Positions 29,790-40,747 of a stretch of DNA of 64,000 nt are shown here, piece after piece. The notes below the pieces were generated by a model. It did not search any database. It was given only the letters and a program-made list of their open reading frames with translations, and was not told the origin of the DNA. This DNA is from Synechococcus sp. Lanier (lineage in GTDB: Bacteria; Cyanobacteriota; Cyanobacteriia; PCC-6307; Cyanobiaceae). Position 1 is the first letter of the stretch. Every line of letters begins with the position of its first letter. The stretch is from positions 48,383 to 112,382 of the forward strand of contig MWMJ01000001.1 in assembly GCA_002151525.1 (NCBI GenBank), given 5' to 3'. The position numbers and the translations under genes were made by a program.

Positions 29790-30224
29790 ATGCTCCTAAA
29801 CCTCATGAAAACTGATAAAAAATCAAAATATTTTAAAGTAGTTGTTTTTATTGCCATTACAATTTTTGGTTTTATTGGTACCGGAAATGATGTTAATTGC
29901 GCTCCACTTATAACGGTTGAATCGGATTTACAGCAAGCCGACAACACAACAGGAGTGGTTACGGCAACTGGTAATGTAAAAGTTACCTATCCTGAAAAAA
30001 AACTAACAGCCACATCTCGGCAAGCTCAATATTTCACAAAAGAGGGAAGAATTGTTTTAAGCGGCGATGTTGACGTTGTTCAAGAAGGTGGCAATCGCCT
30101 CAGGGCTCAACGCGTTGTTTATTTAGTAACATCTGACCGCCTCATTGCTGATCCAGCTGCTGGGGAGCAAGTGAAGAGCTGGATACGAATCGAACGCAAA
30201 CCAGCTAATGCTTCTGCACCATGA
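29790..30224 (+). CDS. lptA: LPS export protein LptA/OstA family
   Basis: Signal peptide then ITVESDLQQAD--TGVVTATGNV...QAQYF...LSGDV beta-jellyroll. Lies upstream of lptB. Confidence 0.82.
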   Translation: MLLNLMKTDKKSKYFKVVVFIAITIFGFIGTGNDVNCAPLITVESDLQQADNTTGVVTATGNVKVTYPEKKLTATSRQAQYFTKEGRIVLSGDVDVVQEGGNRLRAQRVVYLVTSDRLIADPAAGEQVKSWIRIERKPANASAP

Positions 30225-30949
30225 GTTTATCACTCCAAAATGTAGCACTTAGCTTCTCTGGACGACCTGTTGTTAAGGGAGTATCTGTTGATCTATCCCC
30301 CGGGGAGGTAGTTGGTTTGCTTGGCCCAAATGGCGCCGGTAAAACAACAACTTTTAATCTAGTTACCGGCATGCTGCAGCCCGATAAAGGTGATGTATTG
30401 CTGGATCAAGTATCAATAAAACATCTATCTATGCCGCAAAGAGCCCGCAAAGGTATTGGATACTTAGCCCAGGAAGCAAGTGTATTTCGCAATTTAAGCG
30501 TTCGAGATAACCTCTTACTTGCCATGCAGCAGAGTGGAGTTCCAGTTGAGGCCCATCGTCAACGACTGCAAACCTTGATCTCTGATTTTCAGCTGGAACG
30601 ATTTTGCACACGAAAGGGATTCCAATTATCGGGAGGTGAACGCAGGCGCACTGAGGTGGCTAGGGCTTTAGCCGTTGGAATTAATGGACCAAGGTTTTTA
30701 TTGCTTGATGAACCGTTTGCTGGCGTAGACCCATTGGCAGTTCATGATCTTCAGCAACTGATTCTCTCCCTGCGAGAACGGGGTGTTGCCATGTTGATTA
30801 CTGATCATAATGTACGCGAAACATTATCAATTACAGATCGTGCTTATATTCTTGCTGACGGCACAATTCTCGCATCAGGTACTGCCCATGAGGTGGCAAA
30901 TAACCCCTTGGTTCAGAAGCATTATCTTGGTGAGGACTTTAGATTATGA
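30221..30949 (+). CDS. lptB: LPS export ABC transporter ATPase
   Basis: GEVVGLLGPNGAGKTTTF, GIGYLAQEASVFR, LSGGERRRTE, LLDEPFAGVDP, LITDHNVRETL. Confidence 0.96.
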   Translation: MSLSLQNVALSFSGRPVVKGVSVDLSPGEVVGLLGPNGAGKTTTFNLVTGMLQPDKGDVLLDQVSIKHLSMPQRARKGIGYLAQEASVFRNLSVRDNLLLAMQQSGVPVEAHRQRLQTLISDFQLERFCTRKGFQLSGGERRRTEVARALAVGINGPRFLLLDEPFAGVDPLAVHDLQQLILSLRERGVAMLITDHNVRETLSITDRAYILADGTILASGTAHEVANNPLVQKHYLGEDFRL

Positions 30950-32112
30950 ATAGCCTTTTTAGCTTTGTTAATCGCCACTGGCGACAGGTTCCGTTGATGG
31001 ATCGTTGGTTGATATCTGAATTGCTGGGTCCTTTACTGTTTGGTATTGCCGCATTTACAGCCGTTACCCTTTCGGTTGGAGTGGTTTTTGAACTTGTTCG
31101 TAAGGTTGCGGAATCGGGGTTGTCAGTTGCTATTGCAACTCAAGTTCTATTTTTAAAACTGCCTGGTTTTCTAGTTCTCTCCTTTCCCATGGCCACCTTA
31201 ATGGCCACGCTGCTTGCCTACAGCCGTTTGTCTGGTGGCAGTGAGCTCACAGCTCTGCGCAGCATCGGTGTTTCAACAGTGAGATTTGTTGTTCCAGCAA
31301 TATTATTAGCTGCTTTAATGAGTGGCCTTACCTTTATGTTTAATGATTTTATTGTCCCCCCAGCTAATAGGGCTGGTTATGTAACCCTCCATAGGGCCCT
31401 GGGCAGAAGCATTGATTCAGAAAAGGGCGAAAATATTATTTACCCTCGCTATGGAAAAGTTATAGGCGGACCAGCTGAGGAAAAAGAACGTTTAGTGCAC
31501 TTGTTTTACGCTAGGAGTTTTTTCAATGGCGCTATGCTTGACGTTACTTTACTAGATTTTTCCAGACCAAATAGTAGGCAGATGCTTAAGGCAAAGCAGG
31601 CTAGGTATGACGAAAAATCGGGAAATTGGGAATTTCTTCAGGGCAGCATTATAAATATTTCAGAGAATGGTGGAATGAATACAACAGCTCAATTTGATAG
31701 TTATTTTTACCCCCTTGGACAGGGCCCATTAGATCTGGCTGAACTGCCAAGGGATGCAAATAATATGACCGTTGCTCAAGCTCGAGAGGGATTGCGCATC
31801 TTGGAGCAGGCTGGTGACCGTAAGGAGGTTCGCAAGTTAAGAGTTCGCATTCAAGAAAAATTCTCTTTCCCTGCGATTTGTTTAGTGTTTGGCTTGATAG
31901 GTGCCAGTTTGGGTGCCAGGCCAAATGGCCGCACAAGCCGCAGCCAGGGTTTTGGCATAAGTGTTCTATTGATATTCCTTTACTACCTGCTTGCTTTCGT
32001 TTTTAGTTCCTTGGGAGTAAAAGGTACCCTTTCACCAGTTTTGTCTGCTTGGTTGCCAGTGTTTATTGGGCTTATTGGTGGTGGATACCTGCTTAGGCAG
32101 GCAAGTCGCTAG
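30946..32112 (+). CDS. lptF: LptF/LptG family permease
   Basis: 3+3 TM architecture, RLSGGSELTALRSIGVS, SAWLP; follows lptB. Confidence 0.88.
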   Translation: MNSLFSFVNRHWRQVPLMDRWLISELLGPLLFGIAAFTAVTLSVGVVFELVRKVAESGLSVAIATQVLFLKLPGFLVLSFPMATLMATLLAYSRLSGGSELTALRSIGVSTVRFVVPAILLAALMSGLTFMFNDFIVPPANRAGYVTLHRALGRSIDSEKGENIIYPRYGKVIGGPAEEKERLVHLFYARSFFNGAMLDVTLLDFSRPNSRQMLKAKQARYDEKSGNWEFLQGSIINISENGGMNTTAQFDSYFYPLGQGPLDLAELPRDANNMTVAQAREGLRILEQAGDRKEVRKLRVRIQEKFSFPAICLVFGLIGASLGARPNGRTSRSQGFGISVLLIFLYYLLAFVFSSLGVKGTLSPVLSAWLPVFIGLIGGGYLLRQASR

Positions 32113-32156
32113 GAATCAACCCACCCTATCCATCCGTGCTGTATTAAACCTGAGGT

Positions 32157-33086
32157 GTGTTCTTGAATAATCCCTTGCTCGATCCTGTGCTTTTGCTGGG
32201 GCTTCTGGCCTTTGGTTCCCTGTTACTAGCTCTACCCCTTGCCTTCTGGGCCCTTAGCGGTAGCCCTCAGGCCCCTACGGCAAAACTGGTGCGGGGCTTG
32301 GTGGTGGCTGCAAATCTTCTTTTAACCAGCCAGCTTTTGTGGCGATGGCTCGATTCAGGCCATTTTCCCATCAGCAACCTGTATGAATCCCTTTGTTTTC
32401 TCGCTTGGGGCTGCACCCTTACGCAGTTATTGGTTGAACGCAGTTGGCCTTCAGGACTCGTACCCGCTGCCACCACGCCAATGGCATTGGCTTGTGTTGC
32501 TTTTGCAAGTTTTGCCTTACCAGAAACACTTAAAAATGCCGCTCCACTGGTGCCAGCCCTACGTTCCAGTTGGTTGGTTATGCATGTGAGTGTAATAATG
32601 ATGAGTTATGCAGCGTTATTAGTTGGTTCGCTTTTATCAGTTGCCGTGCTGATAACTGAACCAAGTAAAGTGCTACAACTACGAAGTAGCTCAATTGGTA
32701 GTGGGGGCTATCAGAAAGCACTTAATCAAGGTGAGTCGATCACATTACAAGGCAGCTACTTTGGCCTTGGTGAAAGACTTGATAACCTAAGTTATAGAAC
32801 AATTACAGTTGGTTTTCTGCTTTTAACAGTGGGAATCATCAGTGGTGCTGTATGGGCGAATGAAGCATGGGGAAGTTGGTGGAGTTGGGATCCAAAGGAA
32901 ACCTGGGCTTTAATTTGTTGGCTTGTATATGCGGCTTATCTGCATACCCGTTTAACCCGCGGTTGGCAGGGGCGCAAACCCGCCTGGCTAGCCATGGGAG
33001 GACTTATTGTAATCACAGTGTGTTACATTGGTGTTAATTTACTTGGCATCGGTTTACATAGTTATGGTTGGTTTTTTGACAGTTAG
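32157..33086 (+). CDS. ccsA: Cytochrome c biogenesis protein CcsA (system II)
   Basis: [54 protein letters not shown]. Confidence 0.96.
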   Translation: MFLNNPLLDPVLLLGLLAFGSLLLALPLAFWALSGSPQAPTAKLVRGLVVAANLLLTSQLLWRWLDSGHFPISNLYESLCFLAWGCTLTQLLVERSWPSGLVPAATTPMALACVAFASFALPETLKNAAPLVPALRSSWLVMHVSVIMMSYAALLVGSLLSVAVLITEPSKVLQLRSSSIGSGGYQKALNQGESITLQGSYFGLGERLDNLSYRTITVGFLLLTVGIISGAVWANEAWGSWWSWDPKETWALICWLVYAAYLHTRLTRGWQGRKPAWLAMGGLIVITVCYIGVNLLGIGLHSYGWFFDS

Positions 33087-33856
33087 TTGGCTCTTGTTAG
33101 CAGGGCTTGAAAGTCTTTGTTTTTGGCCAGTGCTTCAATGATTTTTTGGCGTTCCCATAGCCCAAGCTGGCGTTCGGGGAAGCCGTCAATAAAATCATCA
33201 ATTACCTTTATAGGCTTGCCTAAATTAAATGGACTCACCTCAAGATTAAGGAAACGGAATGAGCCGCTTGGAATATCAATGCTCTTCTTGGATCTAGGAT
33301 AGGTTGAAGTTAGTAAATATTTAATATTACTCCGTAAAAAATTCTTTAGAACGATCGCAATATCTTTATTAGAAAGATGAAACAAGCAGTCCCTGCAGAG
33401 CCAAATATCAGCATCGGGTAATTTGTCATTAATTATATCCAAACAAACAAAATTTCTTTTTTCAGAGCCAAAAAGTAGTTGATTGCGGCTAACTAGTGAT
33501 TCAACTATGTCACCACCAATATAGGCTATTTCACTGTTCCATTCAATCATCCTAAACCAGTTGTAATCGCCGCAGGGGGAATCTAGGATGCTAGTAACTT
33601 CAAGCTCCTCTACTAATTTTGGAAGCTCGGCCCTCAGATTTTCGGTGTAAGCCAAGGTTGAACCCGGTCCGGATACGCTTTCACTGTCTCCCCAAAAATT
33701 ATTAATATAGTAATAATTAAATATGTCGCTATTATTGCCAATTAGATCAAGTTTACGCTTTTCCTCTGAGTATTTAAATTTCTCTGGTGGGAAATTTACG
33801 CCTGCAAGGTTAAAGGGTAAAGAGGTTAATAAATCTATGATTTTTTTGAAAAACAT
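33083..33856 (-). CDS. Putative class I SAM-dependent methyltransferase
   Basis: [18 protein letters not shown] (motif I variant), [19 protein letters not shown]. Confidence 0.75.
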   Translation of the reverse strand: MFFKKIIDLLTSLPFNLAGVNFPPEKFKYSEEKRKLDLIGNNSDIFNYYYINNFWGDSESVSGPGSTLAYTENLRAELPKLVEELEVTSILDSPCGDYNWFRMIEWNSEIAYIGGDIVESLVSRNQLLFGSEKRNFVCLDIINDKLPDADIWLCRDCLFHLSNKDIAIVLKNFLRSNIKYLLTSTYPRSKKSIDIPSGSFRFLNLEVSPFNLGKPIKVIDDFIDGFPERQLGLWERQKIIEALAKNKDFQALLTRAN

Positions 33857-33900
33857 TCTTTGCTAAACTGCCTTTTTAGATCTGATTACCATAGCGCGGT

Positions 33901-34575
33901 TTAAGCGCCTGGGCGACGACTGTTTCTAATGCTGCTGATTGCCTCTGCGTAATTATCTGTATTGAATACGGCTGAGCCTGCCACTAGGGCATTGGCACCT
34001 GCTTCAATCACTTGCCAGGCATTGTTTGCCTTGATGCCACCATCTACTTCAATCCAAGGATCGAGGCCCCTCTCATCGCACATGCGCCTCAGGCTTCGAA
34101 CTTTTTCCACGGCAGATGGGATAAAACTTTGACCACCAAAACCAGGGTTAACACTCATTAAAAGCACTAAATCACAGAGTTCCAGGCAATATTCCAGGCT
34201 GCTTAAAGGAGTGCTGGGATTAAGTACTGCGCCTGCTTTACAGCCTAAATCACGAATCTGGCCAAGGTTGCGGTGGAGATGGGGACAGGCTTCAACTTGA
34301 ACATAAATGTGGTTAGCGCCTGCCTTTGCAAAATCGGCTACAAATTTTTCTGGTTCAACAATCATCAAATGCACATCCAATGGCTTGCTGGTTACGGGGC
34401 GCAGGGCCTCAACCACTAGGGGACCGATGGTGATGTTTGGCACAAAACGGCCGTCCATCACATCAACGTGGATCCAATCGGCACCGGCTTGATCCACTGC
34501 CCTCACATCATCGCCAAGCCTTGAAAAGTCTGCGGAAAGGATCGATGGGGCAATCACAAGGGATTTTTCGGTCAT
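33901..34575 (-). CDS. rpe: Ribulose-phosphate 3-epimerase
   Basis: [52 protein letters not shown]. Confidence 0.98.
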   Translation of the reverse strand: MTEKSLVIAPSILSADFSRLGDDVRAVDQAGADWIHVDVMDGRFVPNITIGPLVVEALRPVTSKPLDVHLMIVEPEKFVADFAKAGANHIYVQVEACPHLHRNLGQIRDLGCKAGAVLNPSTPLSSLEYCLELCDLVLLMSVNPGFGGQSFIPSAVEKVRSLRRMCDERGLDPWIEVDGGIKANNAWQVIEAGANALVAGSAVFNTDNYAEAISSIRNSRRPGA

Positions 34576-34691
34576 GGGAGAGCCGGTGGTTGCCAAATTG
34601 TACGGAGCATCGCGGCGACCAACGCTGATACAGTCAACGGCGCTTTGCTTCCCTCAAAGGAGCCAGCAAACCGTTCTTTGCCCCAGCCACC

Positions 34692-35696
34692 TTGGACCGC
34701 ACCCTTATCCAGGAAATTCTCGAGGTAGTCGAGCAGGCCGCCATCGCCTCCGCCGAACTCACAGGTATGGGCCTGAAAAATGAGGCTGATGCCGCTGCTG
34801 TTGAGGCCATGCGCAAGCGCATGGGTTTAATCAATATGCAAGGTCGAATCGTTATCGGTGAAGGTGAGCGGGACGAGGCCCCCATGCTCTACATCGGTGA
34901 GGAGGTTGGCACTGGCACAGGTCCAGGCGTCGACTTCGCCGTAGACCCGTGCGAGGGCACAAACCTTTGCGCAAACAGCCAGAGGGGATCCATGGCGGTT
35001 CTTGCCGCATCAGACCGTGGTGGTTTGTTTAATGCCCCAGATTTTTATATGAAAAAACTGGCGGCTCCCCCTGCTGCAAAGGGAAAAGTTGATATCCGCA
35101 AGTCGGCCACGGAAAATATTGCAATTCTTAGCCAGTGCCTGGGCCTTGCAGCCAGCGAACTGGTAATTGTTGTGATGGATCGTGCCCGCCACAAGGATCT
35201 AATCGCTGAAATCAGAACTACCGGCGCAAGGGTGCAACCAATCTCCGATGGCGACGTTCAAGCGGCAATTGCCTGTGGATTTGCTGGCACAGGCACCCAT
35301 TGCCTTATGGGCATTGGTGCAGCCCCTGAAGGTGTGATTTCAGCTGCTGCCCTAAGGGCGCTTGGAGCTCATTTCCAAGGCCAGCTGGTTTACGACCCCG
35401 CCGTAGCTCAAACTAGCGAGTGGGCCGACTACACAAGGGAAGGCAATATCGCTCGCTTAAATGAAATGGGAATAACCGATGTGGATAAGGTTTATGAAGC
35501 GGATGAATTAGCTTCAGGGGAGAATGTTGTATTTGCAGGCAGCGGCATCACCGATGGTTTGCTCTTTCATGGGGTTAAATTCGAGAAGGATTGCACCCGA
35601 ACCAGCAGCTTGATTATCAGTACCCTAGACAACACAGCCCGTTTTACCAATACAGTGCATATCAAGGATGGAGCAACCAGCATCGCTCTGCACTAA
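34692..35696 (+). CDS. glpX: Bifunctional fructose-1,6-/sedoheptulose-1,7-bisphosphatase (class II)
   Basis: [46 protein letters not shown] start. Confidence 0.97.
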   Translation: MDRTLIQEILEVVEQAAIASAELTGMGLKNEADAAAVEAMRKRMGLINMQGRIVIGEGERDEAPMLYIGEEVGTGTGPGVDFAVDPCEGTNLCANSQRGSMAVLAASDRGGLFNAPDFYMKKLAAPPAAKGKVDIRKSATENIAILSQCLGLAASELVIVVMDRARHKDLIAEIRTTGARVQPISDGDVQAAIACGFAGTGTHCLMGIGAAPEGVISAAALRALGAHFQGQLVYDPAVAQTSEWADYTREGNIARLNEMGITDVDKVYEADELASGENVVFAGSGITDGLLFHGVKFEKDCTRTSSLIISTLDNTARFTNTVHIKDGATSIALH

Positions 35697-35716
35697 CTAA
35701 TCACTTTAAAAAACCT

Positions 35717-35753
35717 TCAAGAATGGGGCAGGCTTACGCCTCTCCATTCTTGA
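35717..35753 (+). terminator. Strong stem-loop between glpX and hemA (3' stabiliser or terminator)
   Basis: TCAAGAATGG...AGGC-TTAC-GCCT...CCATTCTTGA, 20 nt after the glpX stop. No U-tract on the + strand. Confidence 0.55.
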
Positions 35754-35770
35754 GTTCCCACCGTTTGGCC

Positions 35771-37096
35771 ATGCATCTAGCCGTCGTAGGGCTTAGCCAC
35801 CGCACGGCTCCTGTTGAGATCCGCGAAAGGCTGAGCATCCCAGAGCATTCCCTAGAGGATTCCCTTAAGGAACTTCGTTCCAGTGATCAGGTACTTGAAG
35901 CTTCAATCCTCAGTACCTGCAACCGTTTAGAGATCTACAGCCTGTTGAAGCAACCCCAACAGGGGGTTGAGGCAATACAAAATTTTCTTGCCAGCCACAG
36001 TGGCTTACCTGGTTTAGAGCTTAAACCGCACCTATTTGCTCTTCACCACGAGGAGGCAATCCAGCATCTGCTGAGGGTTAGTTCTGGCCTCGATAGCTTG
36101 GTTTTAGGGGAGGGACAAATACTCAGCCAAGTAAAAAAAATGTATCGATTGGGTCAGGATCATCAATCGATAGGTCCGATTTTAAATCGCCTTTTAAACC
36201 AGGCCGTAAGTACTGGGAAAAGGGTTCGCACTGAAACCAACCTCGGTTCAGGTGCTGTTTCGATCAGTTCAGCAGCGGTTGAGTTGGCTCAATTGAAGGT
36301 GGGGCAAGAGCAGGGTTTAGATGAATTGGTATCGCTGAACAGCGAACAGATCGCTGTTGTGGGTGCAGGTCGCATGGCCCGCCTATTGATTCAGCATCTC
36401 CAAGCCAAGGGGGCTAGGGAGCTGGTTTTGGTTAATCGAACCGTTTCAAAGGCGGAACTGCTTGCGGCTGATTTCCCCGAGCTGCCGATCAACTGCGTGG
36501 GCCTAGATCAACTCAACAATCAATTGGTTAGCAGCTCCCTGCTGTTTACAAGCACAGGCGCCGATGAACCGCTGATCAACTGTCAACGGCTAAATGGGCT
36601 GGTGCGCACCCAGCGTTTGATGTTGATCGACATAGGCGTTCCTCGAAATATCAGCTCAGATGCAAGCCTGAGCCGCAATGTGCAGTGCTTCGACGTAGAC
36701 GATCTCCAAGAGGTGGTAGATCGCAATCAAGCAGCACGCCGTGAGCTCGCCCTCCAGGCAGAGGTGCTGCTTGAGGAAGATCAGCGGGCTTTTCTTGAGT
36801 GGTGGGATGGCCTGGAGGCTGTTCCCACTATCAATCGCTGGCGTAGGCACCTGGAGGACCTGCGCCAGCAGGAACTTCTGAAGGCCTTAAGTCGGATGGG
36901 AGCCGATCTATCCGATCGGGAGCGCAAGGTGATCGAGGCCCTAACCAAAGGAATCATCAACAAGGTGCTGCACGGCCCCACAATGGCCCTTCGAGCCCCG
37001 CAGCCCCGTGCAGCAAGGCTGCAGGCCATGGAAGCCCTAGAGAAGCTATTCGGCCCCTTTACGGCCACTGGTGATGGGGAATCAAGCGGCAACTAG
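35771..37096 (+). CDS. hemA: Glutamyl-tRNA reductase
   Basis: VGLSHRTAPVEIRE, LSTCNRLEIY, SGLDSLVLGEGQILSQVK, VGAGRM, DIGVPRNI. ATG at 35771. Confidence 0.97.
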   Translation: MHLAVVGLSHRTAPVEIRERLSIPEHSLEDSLKELRSSDQVLEASILSTCNRLEIYSLLKQPQQGVEAIQNFLASHSGLPGLELKPHLFALHHEEAIQHLLRVSSGLDSLVLGEGQILSQVKKMYRLGQDHQSIGPILNRLLNQAVSTGKRVRTETNLGSGAVSISSAAVELAQLKVGQEQGLDELVSLNSEQIAVVGAGRMARLLIQHLQAKGARELVLVNRTVSKAELLAADFPELPINCVGLDQLNNQLVSSSLLFTSTGADEPLINCQRLNGLVRTQRLMLIDIGVPRNISSDASLSRNVQCFDVDDLQEVVDRNQAARRELALQAEVLLEEDQRAFLEWWDGLEAVPTINRWRRHLEDLRQQELLKALSRMGADLSDRERKVIEALTKGIINKVLHGPTMALRAPQPRAARLQAMEALEKLFGPFTATGDGESSGN

Positions 37097-37216
37097 CCAA
37101 TTTTTTGGATCGAGCATTTTTGGATCGAAAACAGATCACAAATTAAACTTGCTTCTCGCGAATTCCTTGCCGGAATGGGGGTGCTTCCACCAGAGTGGCG
37201 CCGCTGCAGGGGTTAG

Positions 37217-38512
37217 ATGAAAAGAGTTCTCGCGATCATTCTTGGAGGCGGAGCCGGCACCAGGCTTTTCCCCCTCACCAAAATGCGGGCCAAACCCGCA
37301 GTACCCCTTGCTGGCAAATATCGATTAATCGATATTCCAGTTAGTAATTGCATTAATAGTGGGATTACACAGATTTATGTGTTAACCCAGTTCAATAGCG
37401 CTTCATTGAATAGGCACATATCTCAAACATACAATTTATCCACTGGCTTTGGCCAAGGTTTTGTTGAGGTTCTAGCAGCCCAACAAACACCAGATAGCCC
37501 AAGTTGGTTTGAAGGTACGGCGGATGCAGTGCGCAAATACGAATGGTTATTTCAGGAATGGGATGTTGATGAAGTTGTGATCCTTTCAGGTGATCAACTT
37601 TATAGAATGGATTATCAGTTGTTTGTTGAAGAGCACCGTCGCAGTGGAGCTGATCTCACTGTTGCTGCCCTACCAGTTGATAGTGAGCAGGCAGAGGGTT
37701 TTGGCCTAATGCATGCTGATGCCGATGGCTGGATTACTAAATTTAGAGAAAAGCCGAAGGGCGAAGCCCTCATTGAAATGAGGGTGGAAACAGGTGGCAT
37801 GGGCCTCAGTGCAGAGGATGCAGCCAAAAGGCCATACCTGGCATCAATGGGAATCTATGTTTTCAAGCGAGATGTGCTTTTTAAGCTTTTAGCTGAAAAT
37901 CCTGAAGCCACCGATTTTGGTAAGGAGATTATCCCCACAGCACTACAAGACGGCAAGAGATTACGCTCCTACTTCTTTGATGATTATTGGGAGGATATCG
38001 GAACTATCCGGGCATTTTATGAAGCCAACCTGGCGCTAACTGCCCAACCCCATCCCCCCTTCTCATTTTATGACAAGCAATTTCCTATTTATACAAGGCA
38101 CCGCTATCTACCACCATCAAAATTGCAGGATGCCCAGGTAACTGAATCAATCATCGGTGAGGGTTCATTACTTAAAGCCTGCAGCATTCACCGCTGTGTT
38201 CTCGGTGTTAGATCCAGGATTGAAAATGAAGTGGTGCTGCAAGACACCCTGGTTATGGGTTCTGATTATTTTGAATCGGGAGAAGAGAGGGAACTTCTGC
38301 TTGAACGTGGCGGCATCCCCATGGGTGTTGGCAGGGGCACAACGGTGCGTCGGGCAATCCTCGATAAAAATGTGCGCATCGGCGCCAACGTAACCATCGT
38401 CAACAAAGATCACGTGGAGGAAGCCGATCGCCCTGAACACGGCTTCTACATCCGCAACGGCATTGTTGTTGTTGTGAAAAATGCTTCCATAGCCGACGGT
38501 ATGACGATCTGA
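37217..38512 (+). CDS. glgC: Glucose-1-phosphate adenylyltransferase
   Basis: [58 protein letters not shown]. Confidence 0.98.
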   Translation: MKRVLAIILGGGAGTRLFPLTKMRAKPAVPLAGKYRLIDIPVSNCINSGITQIYVLTQFNSASLNRHISQTYNLSTGFGQGFVEVLAAQQTPDSPSWFEGTADAVRKYEWLFQEWDVDEVVILSGDQLYRMDYQLFVEEHRRSGADLTVAALPVDSEQAEGFGLMHADADGWITKFREKPKGEALIEMRVETGGMGLSAEDAAKRPYLASMGIYVFKRDVLFKLLAENPEATDFGKEIIPTALQDGKRLRSYFFDDYWEDIGTIRAFYEANLALTAQPHPPFSFYDKQFPIYTRHRYLPPSKLQDAQVTESIIGEGSLLKACSIHRCVLGVRSRIENEVVLQDTLVMGSDYFESGEERELLLERGGIPMGVGRGTTVRRAILDKNVRIGANVTIVNKDHVEEADRPEHGFYIRNGIVVVVKNASIADGMTI

Positions 38513-38614
38513 TTCAAGAAACTAAAGCTTTGGGATCCGAACAGATCCATGTTCTTAGCAGGCCCTTAAGCCAGTTGTTGCCACACTGCGATCGACTGGT
38601 TTTCTGGTTTAACC

Positions 38615-40030
38615 ATGGGCAAAGGGCATTTTGGTCTTATCGGCCTTGGCGTTATGGGCGAGAACCTCGTTCTCAACGCTGAACGCAACGGCTTCTCAAG
38701 TGTTGTTTACAACCGAACGGCTCAAAAAACCGATGAGTTCCTTGCCGGCCGAGGCGCTGGTAAGCAAATAAGTGGTGCCTACTCCCTTCAGGAGTTTGTA
38801 GACAAGCTGGAACGCCCCCGCCGCATCTTGATGATGATCAAGGCTGGGCAACCTATCGACGACACCATTGCCAGCATTTCACCCTATCTCGAGGAGGGCG
38901 ACCTGCTTATCGATGGTGGTAACTCCCTTTACACCGACACAGAAAGGCGAGTAGCAGAGCTGGAAAGCAAAAGTTTTGGCTACATCGGCATGGGTGTTTC
39001 CGGAGGTGCCAAGGGTGCATTGGAAGGTCCCAGCATGATGCCCGGTGGCACAAAGGCCTCCTACGACGCCATCGAAAGCCTCGTAAACAAGATGGCTGCC
39101 CAAGTAGAAGACGGCCCCTGCGTTACTTACATCGGCCCTGGCGGTTCGGGCCACTTCGTTAAAACAGTGCACAACGGCATCGAATACGGCATTGAGCAAA
39201 TACTTGCTGAGGCCTACGACTTAATGAAGCGTGTTGCTGGCATGGGTGGCACAGAGATGGCGGATGTGTTGGGCAAATGGAATAGCAGTGAAGAACTTTC
39301 CTCCTATTTGGTTGAAATTACTGAAGTTTGTTTACGCACTAAGGATCCTGAGGACGGCAGCGACCTTGTGGAAAAAATCATGGACCAAGCTGGCCAAAAG
39401 GGCACTGGTCTTTGGACCGTTGTTAGTGCGCTTCAGATGGGGGCTCCCGTTCCAACAATTTATGCATCCCTAAATGCGCGCGTCATGAGTTCACTTAAAC
39501 CCCAGCGCGTTGCAGCTGAAGCCAGCCTCAAGGGGCCAGCGATCAAAGCTTTCCCCATGGGTACCCCTGAAGATGGCATGGCACCTCTTATGGATGCTGT
39601 TGTGTTGGCTTCTATGGCCAGCTATGCCCAGGGCATGGAACTTTTGCGTATCGCTTCAGAGGAGCACAACTACAACTTGCACATGCCTTCAATTGCACAG
39701 ATTTGGAAGGGGGGCTGCATCATCAGAGCCCGATTGCTTAAGCGCATCCAAGACGCCTTCAACAAAGATCCGCAACTTTGCAATTTGCTTGTTGATCCTT
39801 GGTTTGCAGAGCAGGTGAACCGCCGTTTACCTGGCCTTGCTCAGGTGGTTGCAGGGGCGGCAGAGGCGGGAATCCCAGTGCCTTGCTTCAGTAGCACCCT
39901 CGACTACATCAATAGTTATCGCAGCCCCCGCCTGCCCCAGAACCTGGTGCAAGCAATGCGTGATTGCTTTGGCTCACATACCTATCAAAGGGTTGACAAA
40001 GAAGGGACCTTCCACACTGAGTGGCTTTAG
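38615..40030 (+). CDS. gndA: NADP-dependent 6-phosphogluconate dehydrogenase
   Basis: GLIGLGVMGENL, IDGGNS, GHFVKTVHNGIEY, QKGTG, WKGGCIIRA, QAMRDCFGSHTY. Confidence 0.98.
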   Translation: MGKGHFGLIGLGVMGENLVLNAERNGFSSVVYNRTAQKTDEFLAGRGAGKQISGAYSLQEFVDKLERPRRILMMIKAGQPIDDTIASISPYLEEGDLLIDGGNSLYTDTERRVAELESKSFGYIGMGVSGGAKGALEGPSMMPGGTKASYDAIESLVNKMAAQVEDGPCVTYIGPGGSGHFVKTVHNGIEYGIEQILAEAYDLMKRVAGMGGTEMADVLGKWNSSEELSSYLVEITEVCLRTKDPEDGSDLVEKIMDQAGQKGTGLWTVVSALQMGAPVPTIYASLNARVMSSLKPQRVAAEASLKGPAIKAFPMGTPEDGMAPLMDAVVLASMASYAQGMELLRIASEEHNYNLHMPSIAQIWKGGCIIRARLLKRIQDAFNKDPQLCNLLVDPWFAEQVNRRLPGLAQVVAGAAEAGIPVPCFSSTLDYINSYRSPRLPQNLVQAMRDCFGSHTYQRVDKEGTFHTEWL

Positions 40031-40743
40031 TGGCAAGTTATCAACTAATTGAGTTTGCAGATCGCGCCGAATTAGCAGCGCGGGCCGCCGAGAAAATTGC
40101 CCAAACGATTGAGGGTGCCCTTGCGCTTCGCGATCGGGCACAGATTGCCTTATCTGGTGGCACAACTCCAGAAGCGGCCTATCAAAATTTGGCCGAATAC
40201 AACCTTCCTTGGCAGAGAATCGACTTCTTCCTTGGTGATGAACGTTGGGTTCCGGCCAACGACCCCCTCAGCAATGCCCGCATGGTTCGTGCGAGCTTGC
40301 TGGCCAATGCCAAAAGCGGCTTTGCTTGTTTCCATCCAGTACCAACGGATTCCCTAAACCTTGAAAAAGGAGTTGAGGCCTATGAACGCAGCCTTGAGCA
40401 GATCTGCCAAAGCAGTCCTCCGGTTCTAGATCTGGTGCTGTTGGGCCTTGGCGATGATGGCCACACGGCATCTCTATTCCCTGGCACGGCCGCCACTCAG
40501 GTTCGTGATCGCTGGGTAACCGTTGGAGAAGGCAAAGGAATTCCAAGGATTACCTTCACGGTGCCGGTGCTTTGCGCCGCCCGTTCAGTGTTGTTCCTTG
40601 TGGCAGGTACCAGCAAACAAGAAGCTCTCAAACGCTTACTTGATCCAGCTGAAAACCCAGGCAGAACTCCAGCCAAGTTGGTGCAAACCAATTCAGATAT
40701 GCTCGTATTTGCTGATAGCGAAGCATGTGCAGGGCTTGGTTGA
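40021..40743 (+). CDS. pgl: 6-phosphogluconolactonase
   Basis: IALSGGTTP, GDERWV, SNARM, DLVLLGLGDDGHTASLFPG, RITFT. Confidence 0.95.
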   Translation: MALVASYQLIEFADRAELAARAAEKIAQTIEGALALRDRAQIALSGGTTPEAAYQNLAEYNLPWQRIDFFLGDERWVPANDPLSNARMVRASLLANAKSGFACFHPVPTDSLNLEKGVEAYERSLEQICQSSPPVLDLVLLGLGDDGHTASLFPGTAATQVRDRWVTVGEGKGIPRITFTVPVLCAARSVLFLVAGTSKQEALKRLLDPAENPGRTPAKLVQTNSDMLVFADSEACAGLG

Positions 40744-40747
40744 ACTG

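Noticed and set aside
35591-35770. N-terminal extensions in the ORF track (hemA here; likewise upp, rpsR, rpmG, lspA, cobU, hupE)
   Set aside because: These are longest-ORF artefacts. The recognisable protein starts lie downstream, and the extensions overlap other genes or RNA structures.
40523-40747. 75-codon N-terminal extension of the CIA30-like ORF overlapping pgl (possible frameshift fusion)
   Set aside because: pgl is complete with its own stop, I saw no slippery site, and CIA30 similarity starts only after the pgl stop.
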